DNA of 64,000 bases from an uncultured delta proteobacterium (lineage in GTDB: Bacteria > Desulfobacterota > Binatia > UBA9968): contig CAVUVW010000014.1 of the NCBI GenBank assembly GCA_963745035.1, forward strand, positions 320,001-384,000, read 5' to 3'. Below the pieces are notes generated by a model, which did no database searches, was not told the origin of the DNA, and worked only from the letters and a program-made list of their open reading frames with translations. This document shows, piece by piece, positions 24,609 through 36,140 of this stretch (positions are counted from its first letter, which is position 1; each line of letters opens with the position of its first letter). The position numbers and the translations under genes are program-made.

Positions 24609-25922
24609 ATGAGAACGCTAACAATTGTAAGTTGCTTCCTTTTTCTCGGCTGCGGTTCGGAACTGGCCGCGCCGCCGGCGGCCAATCGGGCAGTTCCTCT
24701 CGCCTTCGGACCGGAGATCGCTATCGGCGAACCCGAGGCGAATCCTTCGACACCGTTTCTGCGCCACTCGCCGGACGGACGACTGTTTGCCGTCTGGACC
24801 GAAGACCACGAGACACCTTGGCCACAAGGAAAGCACTCCGCAGGTGGCCACGCGCACATGAAGGGCGACCGAGCGCCATCGCCGATGCGCAACGCTTTTA
24901 TCGCTTCATCGAGCGACAACGGAAAGAGCTGGGCGCCACGGCGGCGGGTGAATAGCGAAGTCGAGGCAGTTCAAGGCGAGGAAAACGGACCTAAGGTCGC
25001 CTTTGACTCCAATAACCGCGCCTACGTCGTCTGGTCCATTCCCGGTGGCAAAGGCGACAAGACGCGCGCAAATATTCGCTTCGCCATGGAAGACAGTAAC
25101 GGCAACTTCACACCGGCCCGAACCTTGAACGAGGTCAAAGACGCCGGCCGCTTTCCGATCATTGAAGCCATGCCCGACGGCAACTTCTTGATCGCCTGGA
25201 TCGACCGCCGGATAGACAACCCAAAGCCACGCCAGCTCTATCTGATGAAGATGGGCGCCACCGGAGAATCGTTGACGAAGAACTACCAAGCCGGCGAAGG
25301 CCTGTGCGAATGCTGTAAACTGGGCTTTGCCTTCGCCGCCGGCGGTAAGACGGTTTACATGGTCGATCGCGAGGTGGATGAAAGTAAAATTCGCAATCAC
25401 GTGCTGCGCAAGTCCACCGACGGTGCCGCCACCTTCGGCGCGCCTGTGGAAATCAGCAACGACGGCTGGCAGGTGCCCTCGTGCCCGCACTCCGGGCCGA
25501 GCATCGGCCGCGACAGCCGTGGCTGGCTCCACGTCGTGTGGTTCACTCTGGGCCGCACCGAAAAGGAAGCGGGAATTTACTACAGCGTGTCGAGAGACGA
25601 CGGCAAAAGCTTCGCGCCGCGCCGGTTAGTCCATGCCAATGCGGCGCCGGAAATTCTCTATGCCAATCTCACCGTCGGTCTCGACGATACGGTCTATCTG
25701 GCCTGGAGTAATTTGGACAAGACCAGCAGAGCACAAATTTTTATGCGCACGATATCGGCCGACGGCCGGACATGGAGCGCCATCCAGCAAGTGAGTAACG
25801 CGAAAGGCAACGCCAGCCGGCCGGTTTTAGCGCTCCGAAACGATCAGTTGCACGTCGCCTGGACCGAAACCGACAGCGAGGACTCGCGAGTTGTCATGAG
25901 AAACGCGGCGGTAAGCCGATGA
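24609..25922 (+). CDS. BNR/Asp-box (sialidase-like) beta-propeller lipoprotein
   Basis: FLGC lipobox; SSDNGKSW, STDGAATF and SRDDGKSF Asp-boxes; CECC and CPHSGP motifs. Confidence 0.8.
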   Translation: MRTLTIVSCFLFLGCGSELAAPPAANRAVPLAFGPEIAIGEPEANPSTPFLRHSPDGRLFAVWTEDHETPWPQGKHSAGGHAHMKGDRAPSPMRNAFIASSSDNGKSWAPRRRVNSEVEAVQGEENGPKVAFDSNNRAYVVWSIPGGKGDKTRANIRFAMEDSNGNFTPARTLNEVKDAGRFPIIEAMPDGNFLIAWIDRRIDNPKPRQLYLMKMGATGESLTKNYQAGEGLCECCKLGFAFAAGGKTVYMVDREVDESKIRNHVLRKSTDGAATFGAPVEISNDGWQVPSCPHSGPSIGRDSRGWLHVVWFTLGRTEKEAGIYYSVSRDDGKSFAPRRLVHANAAPEILYANLTVGLDDTVYLAWSNLDKTSRAQIFMRTISADGRTWSAIQQVSNAKGNASRPVLALRNDQLHVAWTETDSEDSRVVMRNAAVSR

Positions 25923-26504
25923 ACACACGAATGACTCAGCGAAACCAGCCGCCTGGCGTGCGATATCGCGCCACTGGCAACATTGTGCTGCGCCGTCCTG
26001 TTGATATCGGCAGCGTCGACCGCGTGGTCGCAACACAATCATCACACCGGCCAGTCCGCCGCGCCGGTAGTCGGCGGCCCAGCGGTACCGTTCGAGCTCA
26101 AGTCACTCGATGGCAAACCGGTCGGCCTTTCAACCTTCCGCGGCAAACCGCTGGTCGTAAATTTCTTCGCCAGTTGGTGCGACCCCTGCCGCGAAGAAAT
26201 GCCATTGATCAACGATCTGGCGTCCAAAGGCGCCAAAGACGGTTACAGCGTGCTCGGCATCGCGGTCGAGGACAGCCGCGCGGCCGTAACAGAATTCGCT
26301 AAAGAGTCCAAGCTCGTTTTCCCCGTCGCCCTCGATTTGAACAGCACCGTCAAGCGCGCCTACCGCATCTTCGGTCCACCGGCGACTTTCTTTATCGACG
26401 GGCAGGGCATCATCCGCGATGTGGTTCTCGGCCCAATCACGCCCGACCGTGCTCGCGCGGCGATGAAGAAAATCAGTGATGAACGATGGATGGAAAAAAG
26501 GTAG
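25919..26504 (+). CDS. TlpA/ResA-family thiol-disulfide oxidoreductase (5' end uncertain or frameshifted)
   Basis: NFFASWCDPCREEMP, GPPATFFIDGQG; signal peptide followed by QHNHH. Confidence 0.85.
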
Positions 26505-26638
26505 AATCCGCGGGCCATCGCGACCTGGATAGCGCCGCCGCTGAGGCGGTCAAAAAGTGGCTATTCGAGCCTGCCCGGGCGGGAAAAACACCGGTTGCCG
26601 TCTGGGTCTTACTCCCAGTTAAATTTGAGCTAGAATAG
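26486..26638 (+). pseudogene. TonB C-terminal fragment
   Basis: Reads ESAGHRDLDSAAAEAVKKWLFEPARAGKTPVAVWVLLPVKFELE*. Confidence 0.7.
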
Positions 26639-26655
26639 CACACGCCCGGTCTTTC

Positions 26656-27606
26656 ATGAGAAAAACATTTTTCAGATACTTGCTGGTCACTACTTCGGTG
26701 GGGATCGTGCTGGTGGCATTGAATGTGCCAGCCGGTGCACAGTCCGTGGACTTTAATGGAAGGTCTCCAGTAGACGTCGTCAAGGCCTATCTCCGGGCGA
26801 TGCATGCCCGCGACTTTGATACTGCTTATGGCTACGTCTCCGCCAGCGATCGCAGGGTGCGCGGAAAGGGCACCTATCTTCGCTCTCATGAAAATTTCAT
26901 TGGCTTTGCCCTGGATCTCGCCAGGCGGCTCGCCACAGGCATGGAAGTATGGGCAATCAAACAGCAACTCGGGTCGTCGAAGACTCATCTTGAAATCGGG
27001 TATCGCGCGCCAACAGCCGATGAGCTGGCCTTGCAGCTTCTCGATTGGGATCCCGCCAAGCTCAACGCGCTTTCACCCGCTCAGCAATCCGCGCTGTTCG
27101 GAGCTCTCTCCAAGCTCCAAAGCAGCGGGAAGATGATCACCATCGAAGGTCGTGAAAACTTCGACTTGGTGCGAGAACGGGAGGGTTGGAGAATCTTCTT
27201 CGATTGGCAGGCGCACCACCGAATTGTTTTCAAGAGCACCCAGGCCGATCGTCAGGATTTGACGGTACGGTTTTTGCGCAACGATCTTTTCGTTAAACGC
27301 GAAGAGCCCTTTCAAGTAGACCTCGCCGTCACCAACCGTACGGACCGTGCGATTGTCGTAAAACTCAATCATCTTTTCGCACCACGCCAAATAGAGAAAA
27401 ATATCGATATGATCGCCTGCGGCTCCCTTGGGCCCTTGCACCTTCAGCCGCACGAGATTCGGAAGATCTCCAGCGTCTATCTCTTGCGCGGCGCTTTATC
27501 CGACGAAGCGCCGATTGGAATCATTTATGACTTCAATGTCACGCATCCACCGGACAAGAGATTTGCACGCCTGAAAGATCAAACAATGAGGCAACAGTGG
27601 CGCTGA
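26656..27606 (+). CDS. Exported protein with an N-terminal NTF2-like region and a C-terminal Cox11/CtaG-like domain (paralog 1)
   Basis: YLRAMHARDF..AY.YVS..DR; L.RE.EGWRIFFDW; C-terminal VTN…NIDMIACG…LQPHE…IIYDF. Confidence 0.7.
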   Translation: MRKTFFRYLLVTTSVGIVLVALNVPAGAQSVDFNGRSPVDVVKAYLRAMHARDFDTAYGYVSASDRRVRGKGTYLRSHENFIGFALDLARRLATGMEVWAIKQQLGSSKTHLEIGYRAPTADELALQLLDWDPAKLNALSPAQQSALFGALSKLQSSGKMITIEGRENFDLVREREGWRIFFDWQAHHRIVFKSTQADRQDLTVRFLRNDLFVKREEPFQVDLAVTNRTDRAIVVKLNHLFAPRQIEKNIDMIACGSLGPLHLQPHEIRKISSVYLLRGALSDEAPIGIIYDFNVTHPPDKRFARLKDQTMRQQWR

Positions 27607-28502
27607 GGCAGCATCATCACAAGCCAGTCCTCATTAGGCTCGGGATTTTCTCGCAACTGCTGCTGGCTCTGGCGCTCGGGGCTATGAGTAACCGGCCCGC
27701 TTGCGCGTCCGAGGAACCCGCAAAGGTTGTCGAAGCCTATGTGCGCGCGACCTATGCGCGTGACTTTGTCGAAGCGTATCGCTTTATTTCCGCCGATGAC
27801 CGCAAGGCGATGAACGTCAATCGTTATGTTCAGCAGCGCGGCGCCTTCAGCGGCTTCATTCTCGAGGCGGCGAAAAAGCTCAGCGAAGCGGTTGAGATTC
27901 ATCCCTTGAAGCAGCAAGCTCGGGGTAACCGCATGGATCTCTTGGTCAAGTACCGGGTTCCTGATACCAAGAAGATCGCGCCTGTTCTTTTGAATTGGGA
28001 TACGTACCAGTTGAATTCATTGAATCCCGTCGATCGAAAACAACTCCTTGCCACCTTGGAAAAGAAACGACGTGATCGCTCTCTGGAGATGATAGAGGGC
28101 GAAGTCAATTTCGAGCTGGTCAAAGAAGGCAGCGACTGGAGAGTGTTTTTGAACTGGGCTTCCGGCGTTAAGATACCCCTGCGACTTGATCTATCCCAGG
28201 CCGCCGATCTGGACGTGTCTATTTCGCAGCCGGAGGTCATGGTTCAGCCCGGTGAAATCTTTGACATAGTTCTTAAGGTCAAAAACAAAACCAAGGAGCC
28301 CATCACGGCGCGCATCGGCCATTTGGTCGAGCCGCAAGCTCATGCCGACTATTTGGACTTCGTTCAGTGCGGTTTTCTCTTGCCGGTGACGATTCCGCCA
28401 GAAAAAGAAGAACAGTACTTCGGCACTTACATGGTCCGTGGCAGCCTTCCCGAAGGCGTGCGGCAACTAAGTTTGACGTATGATTTTCGCATTCTTCAGT
28501 AA
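27597..28502 (+). CDS. Exported NTF2-like + Cox11/CtaG-like protein (paralog 2)
   Basis: YVRATYARDF.EAYRFIS; WRVFLNW; EVMVQPGE…VKN…YLDFVQCGF…LSLTYDF. Confidence 0.7.
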   Translation: MALRQHHHKPVLIRLGIFSQLLLALALGAMSNRPACASEEPAKVVEAYVRATYARDFVEAYRFISADDRKAMNVNRYVQQRGAFSGFILEAAKKLSEAVEIHPLKQQARGNRMDLLVKYRVPDTKKIAPVLLNWDTYQLNSLNPVDRKQLLATLEKKRRDRSLEMIEGEVNFELVKEGSDWRVFLNWASGVKIPLRLDLSQAADLDVSISQPEVMVQPGEIFDIVLKVKNKTKEPITARIGHLVEPQAHADYLDFVQCGFLLPVTIPPEKEEQYFGTYMVRGSLPEGVRQLSLTYDFRILQ

Positions 28503-29100
28503 GGTTATCGCCGTCGGCGGCCTGTCGCTCGGGCTCCTCTTGCCAGCTTTTCTCTTCGCGCATGTTCCCGACACGCCAAAAAGTTCAAGCAAAAATACCA
28601 CCGCTGTTGGTGTTAGAGTGCTCGATTTTGTTCTGGTGAATCAAGACACTCAACGTCTCGATTCGACGCAGCTCCGCGGCAAGGTGCTGGTGCTGAATTT
28701 TATCTTCACGACCTGCACAGATGTTTGCCCGCTATTCACGATGAATCTCGCCGCGCTTCAGCGCAACCTCAACGGTCGCTTCGGCGGTGATATTTTCTTC
28801 CTGAGCATAACCACCGACCCCGAAGTGGATTCGGCAAAGCATCTGAAAGCTTACGGCCAACGGCACGGCACCGATTTCAAGAATTGGGCATTCTTAACGG
28901 GCTCCGAAGCGCAATTGAAAGCGGTCTGGGACAGCTTCGGTATCACGGTCATCAAGAAGGGCCGCGGGTTGGTGCAGCACACGAGCCTCACCACCGTCAT
29001 CGACCGCCAGGGGGTTCGACGATTCAATTATCTCGGCGAGAAGTGGCGGATCCAAGATCTCGAAAGAGATCTCTTGACCTTGCTCGACAAGAAAGCTTGA
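28480..29100 (+). CDS. SCO1/SenC family protein
   Basis: FIFTTCTDVCP (CxxxC), ITTDPEVD, W.FLTG, distal His in VQHTS. Confidence 0.9.
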   Translation: MIFAFFSKVIAVGGLSLGLLLPAFLFAHVPDTPKSSSKNTTAVGVRVLDFVLVNQDTQRLDSTQLRGKVLVLNFIFTTCTDVCPLFTMNLAALQRNLNGRFGGDIFFLSITTDPEVDSAKHLKAYGQRHGTDFKNWAFLTGSEAQLKAVWDSFGITVIKKGRGLVQHTSLTTVIDRQGVRRFNYLGEKWRIQDLERDLLTLLDKKA

Positions 29101-29200
29101 TTTCTCCCAACGCAAATCTAGCGGCGACCCCGGTTTTATGGTTAATTGCTTTTGCCATGAGTTCGAGATTCCGATCGTCTAATCTGCGTCGAGGGGAAAA

Positions 29201-29776
29201 ATGAAGAATATCAGCCGCTGGATGCTCGCAGGACTTTTCGTCGCGCTCACGCTGGCTCCAAGTCGCGTAAGCCTGGAAATATCCGCCCACGCGCAGGATG
29301 CCCCTTTCGATAACAAGAAGATCGTCCCCTTTGTTCCCTCGCCGCAGGAAGTCGTCGATAAGATGATCGAGTTGGCGGGCGTAAAAAAGGGCGATGTCGT
29401 CTACGATATGGGCTCGGGTGACGGCCGCATCGTCATCGCCGCGGCCAAAAAAGGCGCTCGCGCCGTCGGCTTCGAGATCGACGGCGATCTCGTGAAAGAG
29501 TCGCGCGAAAATATTCGCAAGGCCGGCGTGGAGAACCTGGCGGAGATCCGCCAGCAGGACATTCTCACCGTCGATTTTGCTCCCGCGTCGGTGGTGACCA
29601 TGTATCTTTTGCCCGACGTCAATTTGAAGCTCAAACCAAATCTGTTGAAGCAGCTCAAACCGGGCTCCCGCTTGGTCTCGCATTCCTTCGACATGGGCGA
29701 TTGGAAGCCCGACAAGGTCGAGCGCGTGGACGGCCGCACGATCAATTTTTGGACTATTCCCGCCAAGAAAAAGTAG
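29201..29776 (+). CDS. SAM-dependent methyltransferase with an N-terminal signal peptide
   Basis: Signal peptide ending AHA; VPFVPSP, VYDMGSGDGR, MYLLP, SHSFDMGDW. Confidence 0.85.
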   Translation: MKNISRWMLAGLFVALTLAPSRVSLEISAHAQDAPFDNKKIVPFVPSPQEVVDKMIELAGVKKGDVVYDMGSGDGRIVIAAAKKGARAVGFEIDGDLVKESRENIRKAGVENLAEIRQQDILTVDFAPASVVTMYLLPDVNLKLKPNLLKQLKPGSRLVSHSFDMGDWKPDKVERVDGRTINFWTIPAKKK

Positions 29777-29818
29777 CGCGTTGGGTATTCGCGGAGATTT
29801 TTTAACTTAACTGAGCGA

Positions 29819-30706
29819 ATGCCCGCCGCCATTAAAAGGTCGCTGCTTTTCCTGATCAGCGTCGCGCTCCTGGCCGCGCCGCTGTTCTTTTGGTTCGGCG
29901 TTGAGAGCCGCCAAGAGGAGCCGCTCGACACGCTGGCGAAGTATTTGAAAGTCCTTTACGCCCGGGATTTCCGCCAGGCGTATCGTTTCATCTCCGCCGC
30001 GGACCGCGAGCTGAAAAGCCGCAGCGACTACGTGCGCGAGCGCGGCGCGTTTCACGGGCTTGCACTCGACGCCGCGCGCAAGCTTTCGGATCTCATCGAA
30101 GTTTATCCCGTAAAGCAGGATGTTGATGGAGCGCGCAATCGAGTGACAGTCGCTTTGAAGCTTCCCGACGCCAATGCCGTCGGCGATTTACTTCTCGACT
30201 GGGACGAGCGGCGGCTCGCTGACTTGCCGGTGTCCGAGCAGAAAAAGCTGCTCGCGCGCATCGAACAGCTCGTGCGCGACGATCAGGTGCCGATGATCGA
30301 AGGTGAGGAAGAATTCGTGCTGGTTCAGGAAGGGTCCCAATGGAAAATTTTTCTCGATTGGGCCGCCGGCGTTCAGGTCAAGTTCGCCACCACACTGCCG
30401 TCGAATGGCGCGCTGGCGGCGGAACCGGTGAGCAAAGAAACCGTCGTTCGCTCGGGCGATCTCTTCACGGTGGGCTTCAAAGTAAAGAATCCAGGGAAGA
30501 ATGAAATTCTGACCCGCATCGTTCACCGGGTGGAGCCTAAAGAAATGACCGAATACTTGGATCTTGTGGAGTGCGCGTTGCTGCTGCCGGTGCGCCTGCG
30601 CCCTGGCGAAGAGCAGATTTTCAACAGTACCTACATCGTGCGCGGCGATCTCCCTGACGGCGCCAAATCCATCGCTGTGAATTATGAATTCCAAATCGAA
30701 AATTAA
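29819..30706 (+). CDS. Membrane-anchored NTF2-like + Cox11/CtaG-like protein (paralog 3)
   Basis: YLKVLYARDF.QAYRFIS; WKIFLDW; VVRSGD…VKN…YLDLVECAL…LRPGEE…VNYEF. Confidence 0.7.
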   Translation: MPAAIKRSLLFLISVALLAAPLFFWFGVESRQEEPLDTLAKYLKVLYARDFRQAYRFISAADRELKSRSDYVRERGAFHGLALDAARKLSDLIEVYPVKQDVDGARNRVTVALKLPDANAVGDLLLDWDERRLADLPVSEQKKLLARIEQLVRDDQVPMIEGEEEFVLVQEGSQWKIFLDWAAGVQVKFATTLPSNGALAAEPVSKETVVRSGDLFTVGFKVKNPGKNEILTRIVHRVEPKEMTEYLDLVECALLLPVRLRPGEEQIFNSTYIVRGDLPDGAKSIAVNYEFQIEN

Positions 30707-31307
30707 CGGGTGGATTGCGGCTTTTGTGCTTGGCGCAGCATCCCTGTCCGCGACGAGCTCAGCGCATGTTCCGCTACCGCCCAGAGAACCGAGCGACATC
30801 GGCCGGCGTGTGGTCAACAAGCCTGTGCCGGACTTCAAGCTCACCGATCAAGACGACAGGCCGTTTCAATTCGCCGGCGCGCGCGGCAAGGTTGTTCTCG
30901 TAACTTTTGTCTTCACCACCTGCCCGGACGTCTGCCCGCTTTTCACGGCCAACTTCGCCGGCATCCAGCAGCGGCTCAACGAGAAGAAGATAACCGACTA
31001 CCTGCTGCTCACGATCACCACCGACCCCGAGCGCGACAGCGCCGCGGTCCTAAAAGAATACGCCGGCCGCTTCAAAGCCGACTTGAAGCGCTGGTCATTC
31101 CTCACCGGCGCACGCGCCGAATTGAGCAAAGTGTGGAAGATTTTCGGCGTCAACGTGGTCAAAACCGACTCCGGACAAGTGCAGCACACATCGTTCACGA
31201 CCCTCGTCGATCGCCAAGGCAGACGCCGCGTCGATTATTACGGCGACAAGTGGCGGGAGAAGGAGGTTCTCAAGGATATCGAATGGCTGCGCGCGGAGAA
31301 GCCGTAA
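30684..31307 (+). CDS. SCO1/SenC family protein (second copy)
   Basis: FVFTTCPDVCP, ITTDPERD, WSFLTG, VQHTS. Confidence 0.9.
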   Translation: MNSKSKINGWIAAFVLGAASLSATSSAHVPLPPREPSDIGRRVVNKPVPDFKLTDQDDRPFQFAGARGKVVLVTFVFTTCPDVCPLFTANFAGIQQRLNEKKITDYLLLTITTDPERDSAAVLKEYAGRFKADLKRWSFLTGARAELSKVWKIFGVNVVKTDSGQVQHTSFTTLVDRQGRRRVDYYGDKWREKEVLKDIEWLRAEKP

Positions 31308-31413
31308 GAACTGAAGTGATGGAGTGTCGGAGTAATGCTCAACCCGGCACTTTATTATCAGCCACGCCTAGGTTGTCTAACGAAGCACATACACGCATGA
31401 AAGAATTTCGTTC

Positions 31414-31992
31414 ATGCTGAGCCCGTCGAAGCATTCCTCGGCCCTTTTCGGTGCTTTGCTTTTTTTTGCCTCCTACCTCGTCGCCGATGTGGCAAACACC
31501 GCTGAGCGCGCTCAAGGCGTCTTGGAAATCCGGATCAAAGACCACCGCGACGCCATCGGCGACTTCGCCAAGCTTAATATCAATATCGATAAGATCCTGA
31601 TCAGCCCGAACGTTGGGCTGAAGGTCTGGCAAACCGGTTGGCAAGAACTCACCGCTTCACCCGACACGGTCGATCTGACGAAGTACATTGGCAAGACCAC
31701 AGCCAAAGTATTTCGCTCGAACATCGATGCAGGACCGTTCGATGCCTTTCATTTGAAGCTCAAGAGCATCGACGCCGTGCTCAAAAAAAACCAGAAAAGC
31801 GCACCGGTTAAAAATACGCTCGGGCCGGTGAAGCTCACCTTCGATGTTCCTCCAAAAGGCGAAACAATCCTGGTGATCGACCTGACCGTGGTGGATTTAT
31901 CCGACCACCCGCCGCGCGGCTATGAGCTGGGAATCCGCGGCTACGAGCTCTACACCAACGGCAAGCTCATCGGTAGAATCCCGCCGAATTAA
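31414..31992 (+). CDS. Exported DUF4382-like beta-rich protein
   Basis: Signal/TM, G.LEIRIKD…F..LNINI.KI, VDLT pattern. Confidence 0.55.
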   Translation: MLSPSKHSSALFGALLFFASYLVADVANTAERAQGVLEIRIKDHRDAIGDFAKLNINIDKILISPNVGLKVWQTGWQELTASPDTVDLTKYIGKTTAKVFRSNIDAGPFDAFHLKLKSIDAVLKKNQKSAPVKNTLGPVKLTFDVPPKGETILVIDLTVVDLSDHPPRGYELGIRGYELYTNGKLIGRIPPN

Positions 31993-32216
31993 GTGGAAGC
32001 GAATAGCGCCGCGTGGCGTTGTGGCAATGCGCAGATTTAGAAACGAGAACATTGGTTCTCTTTGTTTCCCCGCAGTCGATTGTTACCGCCCGTCGGCCGG
32101 GGATGGTTTTCCTTGCACTGGAGATTGCCGCTGGTTCCTTCCACCCGGGTCCGATTCAAGATACACGCCCCGGAAGTCGATCCCTCCGGAGCCTTTAAGG
32201 CGGTGAGATCTTTGGT

Positions 32217-34702
<2,486 letters not shown>

Positions 34703-34748
34703 GGGGCTGACCTCCAGCGGCCTGAGAATTCAAATTTTGAATCAATCT

Positions 34749-34777
34749 TCTATAACGAATACCGATGGGGTATTCAA
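34749..34777 (-). promoter_or_regulatory. Candidate sigma70 promoter for metK-ahcY
   Basis: TTGAAT-17-TATAGA, followed by a 7-1-7 palindrome and a GGAGG RBS. Confidence 0.5.
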
Positions 34778-34985
34778 CCCGGATTGCGCCAACGCGCTTG
34801 GCTCAACCCCGCAGCGCACAATGCTAAACCCGTGAAGACGCTCATAGGACGCGGCCGCAAAGTCTCTTCATGCCCCCGGCGGCAACCCTCTTGATCTCCC
34901 ACCTCGGACTACGATCCGTAGCAGTAACGCATTGCCCACGTAAGGACTGCGCCCCGGGGCTTCCCTGCGAATTTCGGATTCAACC

Positions 34986-35261
34986 TTACTCGTCTTCGTT
35001 GAATCGGTTGTCGATGAGCCTCTCGATAGCTTTGACGGCGCGCTCGGCGTCCTCGCCGCTCGCTTCGACCTGGATTTTGCTGCCTTGAGCGGCGGCGAGC
35101 GTGAGCACGCCCATGATGCTTCGGGCGTCGATGGTTTGGCCGTCTTTGGAAAGACTCACGTGGGCGGAGAATTTGTTGCGGTCTGCACGAGCAAGGCGGC
35201 CGCGCGCGCGTGCAGTCCAAGCTTATTCTTGATTTCGATCTTTTCGAACGACTTTGCCCAC
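34986..35261 (-). CDS. ptsH: Phosphocarrier protein HPr (frameshifted)
   Basis: Manual reading gives IKNKLGLHARAA…DARSIMGVLTLAAAQG…F.ED*. Confidence 0.85.
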
Positions 35262-35266
35262 GGCGT

Positions 35267-36134
35267 CTATTTCTCGATATCGCGGTGCTTGACGTGAATC
35301 CGAAAACGGCCGTCGCCGAATCTTTTCTGCAATTCTTCGATCAAAACCACGGAACGATGCCGCCCGCCGGTGCAACCGAGAGCCAAGCGTGAGACTGCTT
35401 TTGCCCTCGCGCTCATACAGCGGCAGAGCAAACTCCAGGAGATCGTAAAGGCGGTCGAGAAACGTCCGCGTCTCGGCGTTGCCAAGCACGTACTCGCGCA
35501 CTTCGGCATCCGCGCCGCTCTTTGGCCGCAGCTCATTGACGAAGTAAGGGTTCGGCAAAAATCGCACATCGAAAATCATGTCGGCATCGTGGGGAATGCC
35601 GAATTTGTAGCCGAAGGACGTAAAGAACAGCGCCATGCGCCGTCCGCTCGGCGCCTGGCAGAACTGCTGCTCCATTTCACGCTTGAGGTCGTGCACGTTG
35701 AAGTCGCTGGTGTCGATCACCTTATCGGCCAAGGCGCGAATCGATTCCAACGCCTTGCTCTCGCGCGAAATCCCTTCTTGAATCGATTCCTCGCCGGCTT
35801 GCGGATGGGGCCGGCGGGTTTCACTGAAGCGTCTCAGCAGGACGTCGTCGGCAGCGTCGAAAAACAACACCTGGACCTGATGGCCGGCGGCGCGCAGGTC
35901 CGCCAGCACCTCGGGCAGCGCCTGCAGAAAGTGCCCGCCGCGCAGGTCGACGCCGAGCGCGATTCGGCGAATCTCCTCTTGGTAGCCCTGGCACAGGTCG
36001 ATGAACTTGGGAATCAGCAGCGCGGGAAAATTATCGACGCAAAAAAAACCGTTATCTTCGAGGGCGCGGATGGCAAAACTTTTGCCCGACCCGGACAGGC
36101 CGGTGATCACGATGATGTCCAAGCCGTTCGCCAT
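35267..36134 (-). CDS. rapZ: RNase adapter RapZ (frameshift near 35385)
   Basis: TGLSGSGKS P-loop, RRFSETRRPHP, SFGYKFG, DVRFLPNP, GCTGGRHRSV. Confidence 0.93.
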
Positions 36135-36140
36135 AGAAAA

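Noticed and set aside
34703-34985. Canonical SAM-I, SAM-II or SAH riboswitch upstream of metK
   Set aside because: ATCAAGAG and GGCAACC occur on opposite strands and the full consensus cannot be built; kept only as an unexplained structure
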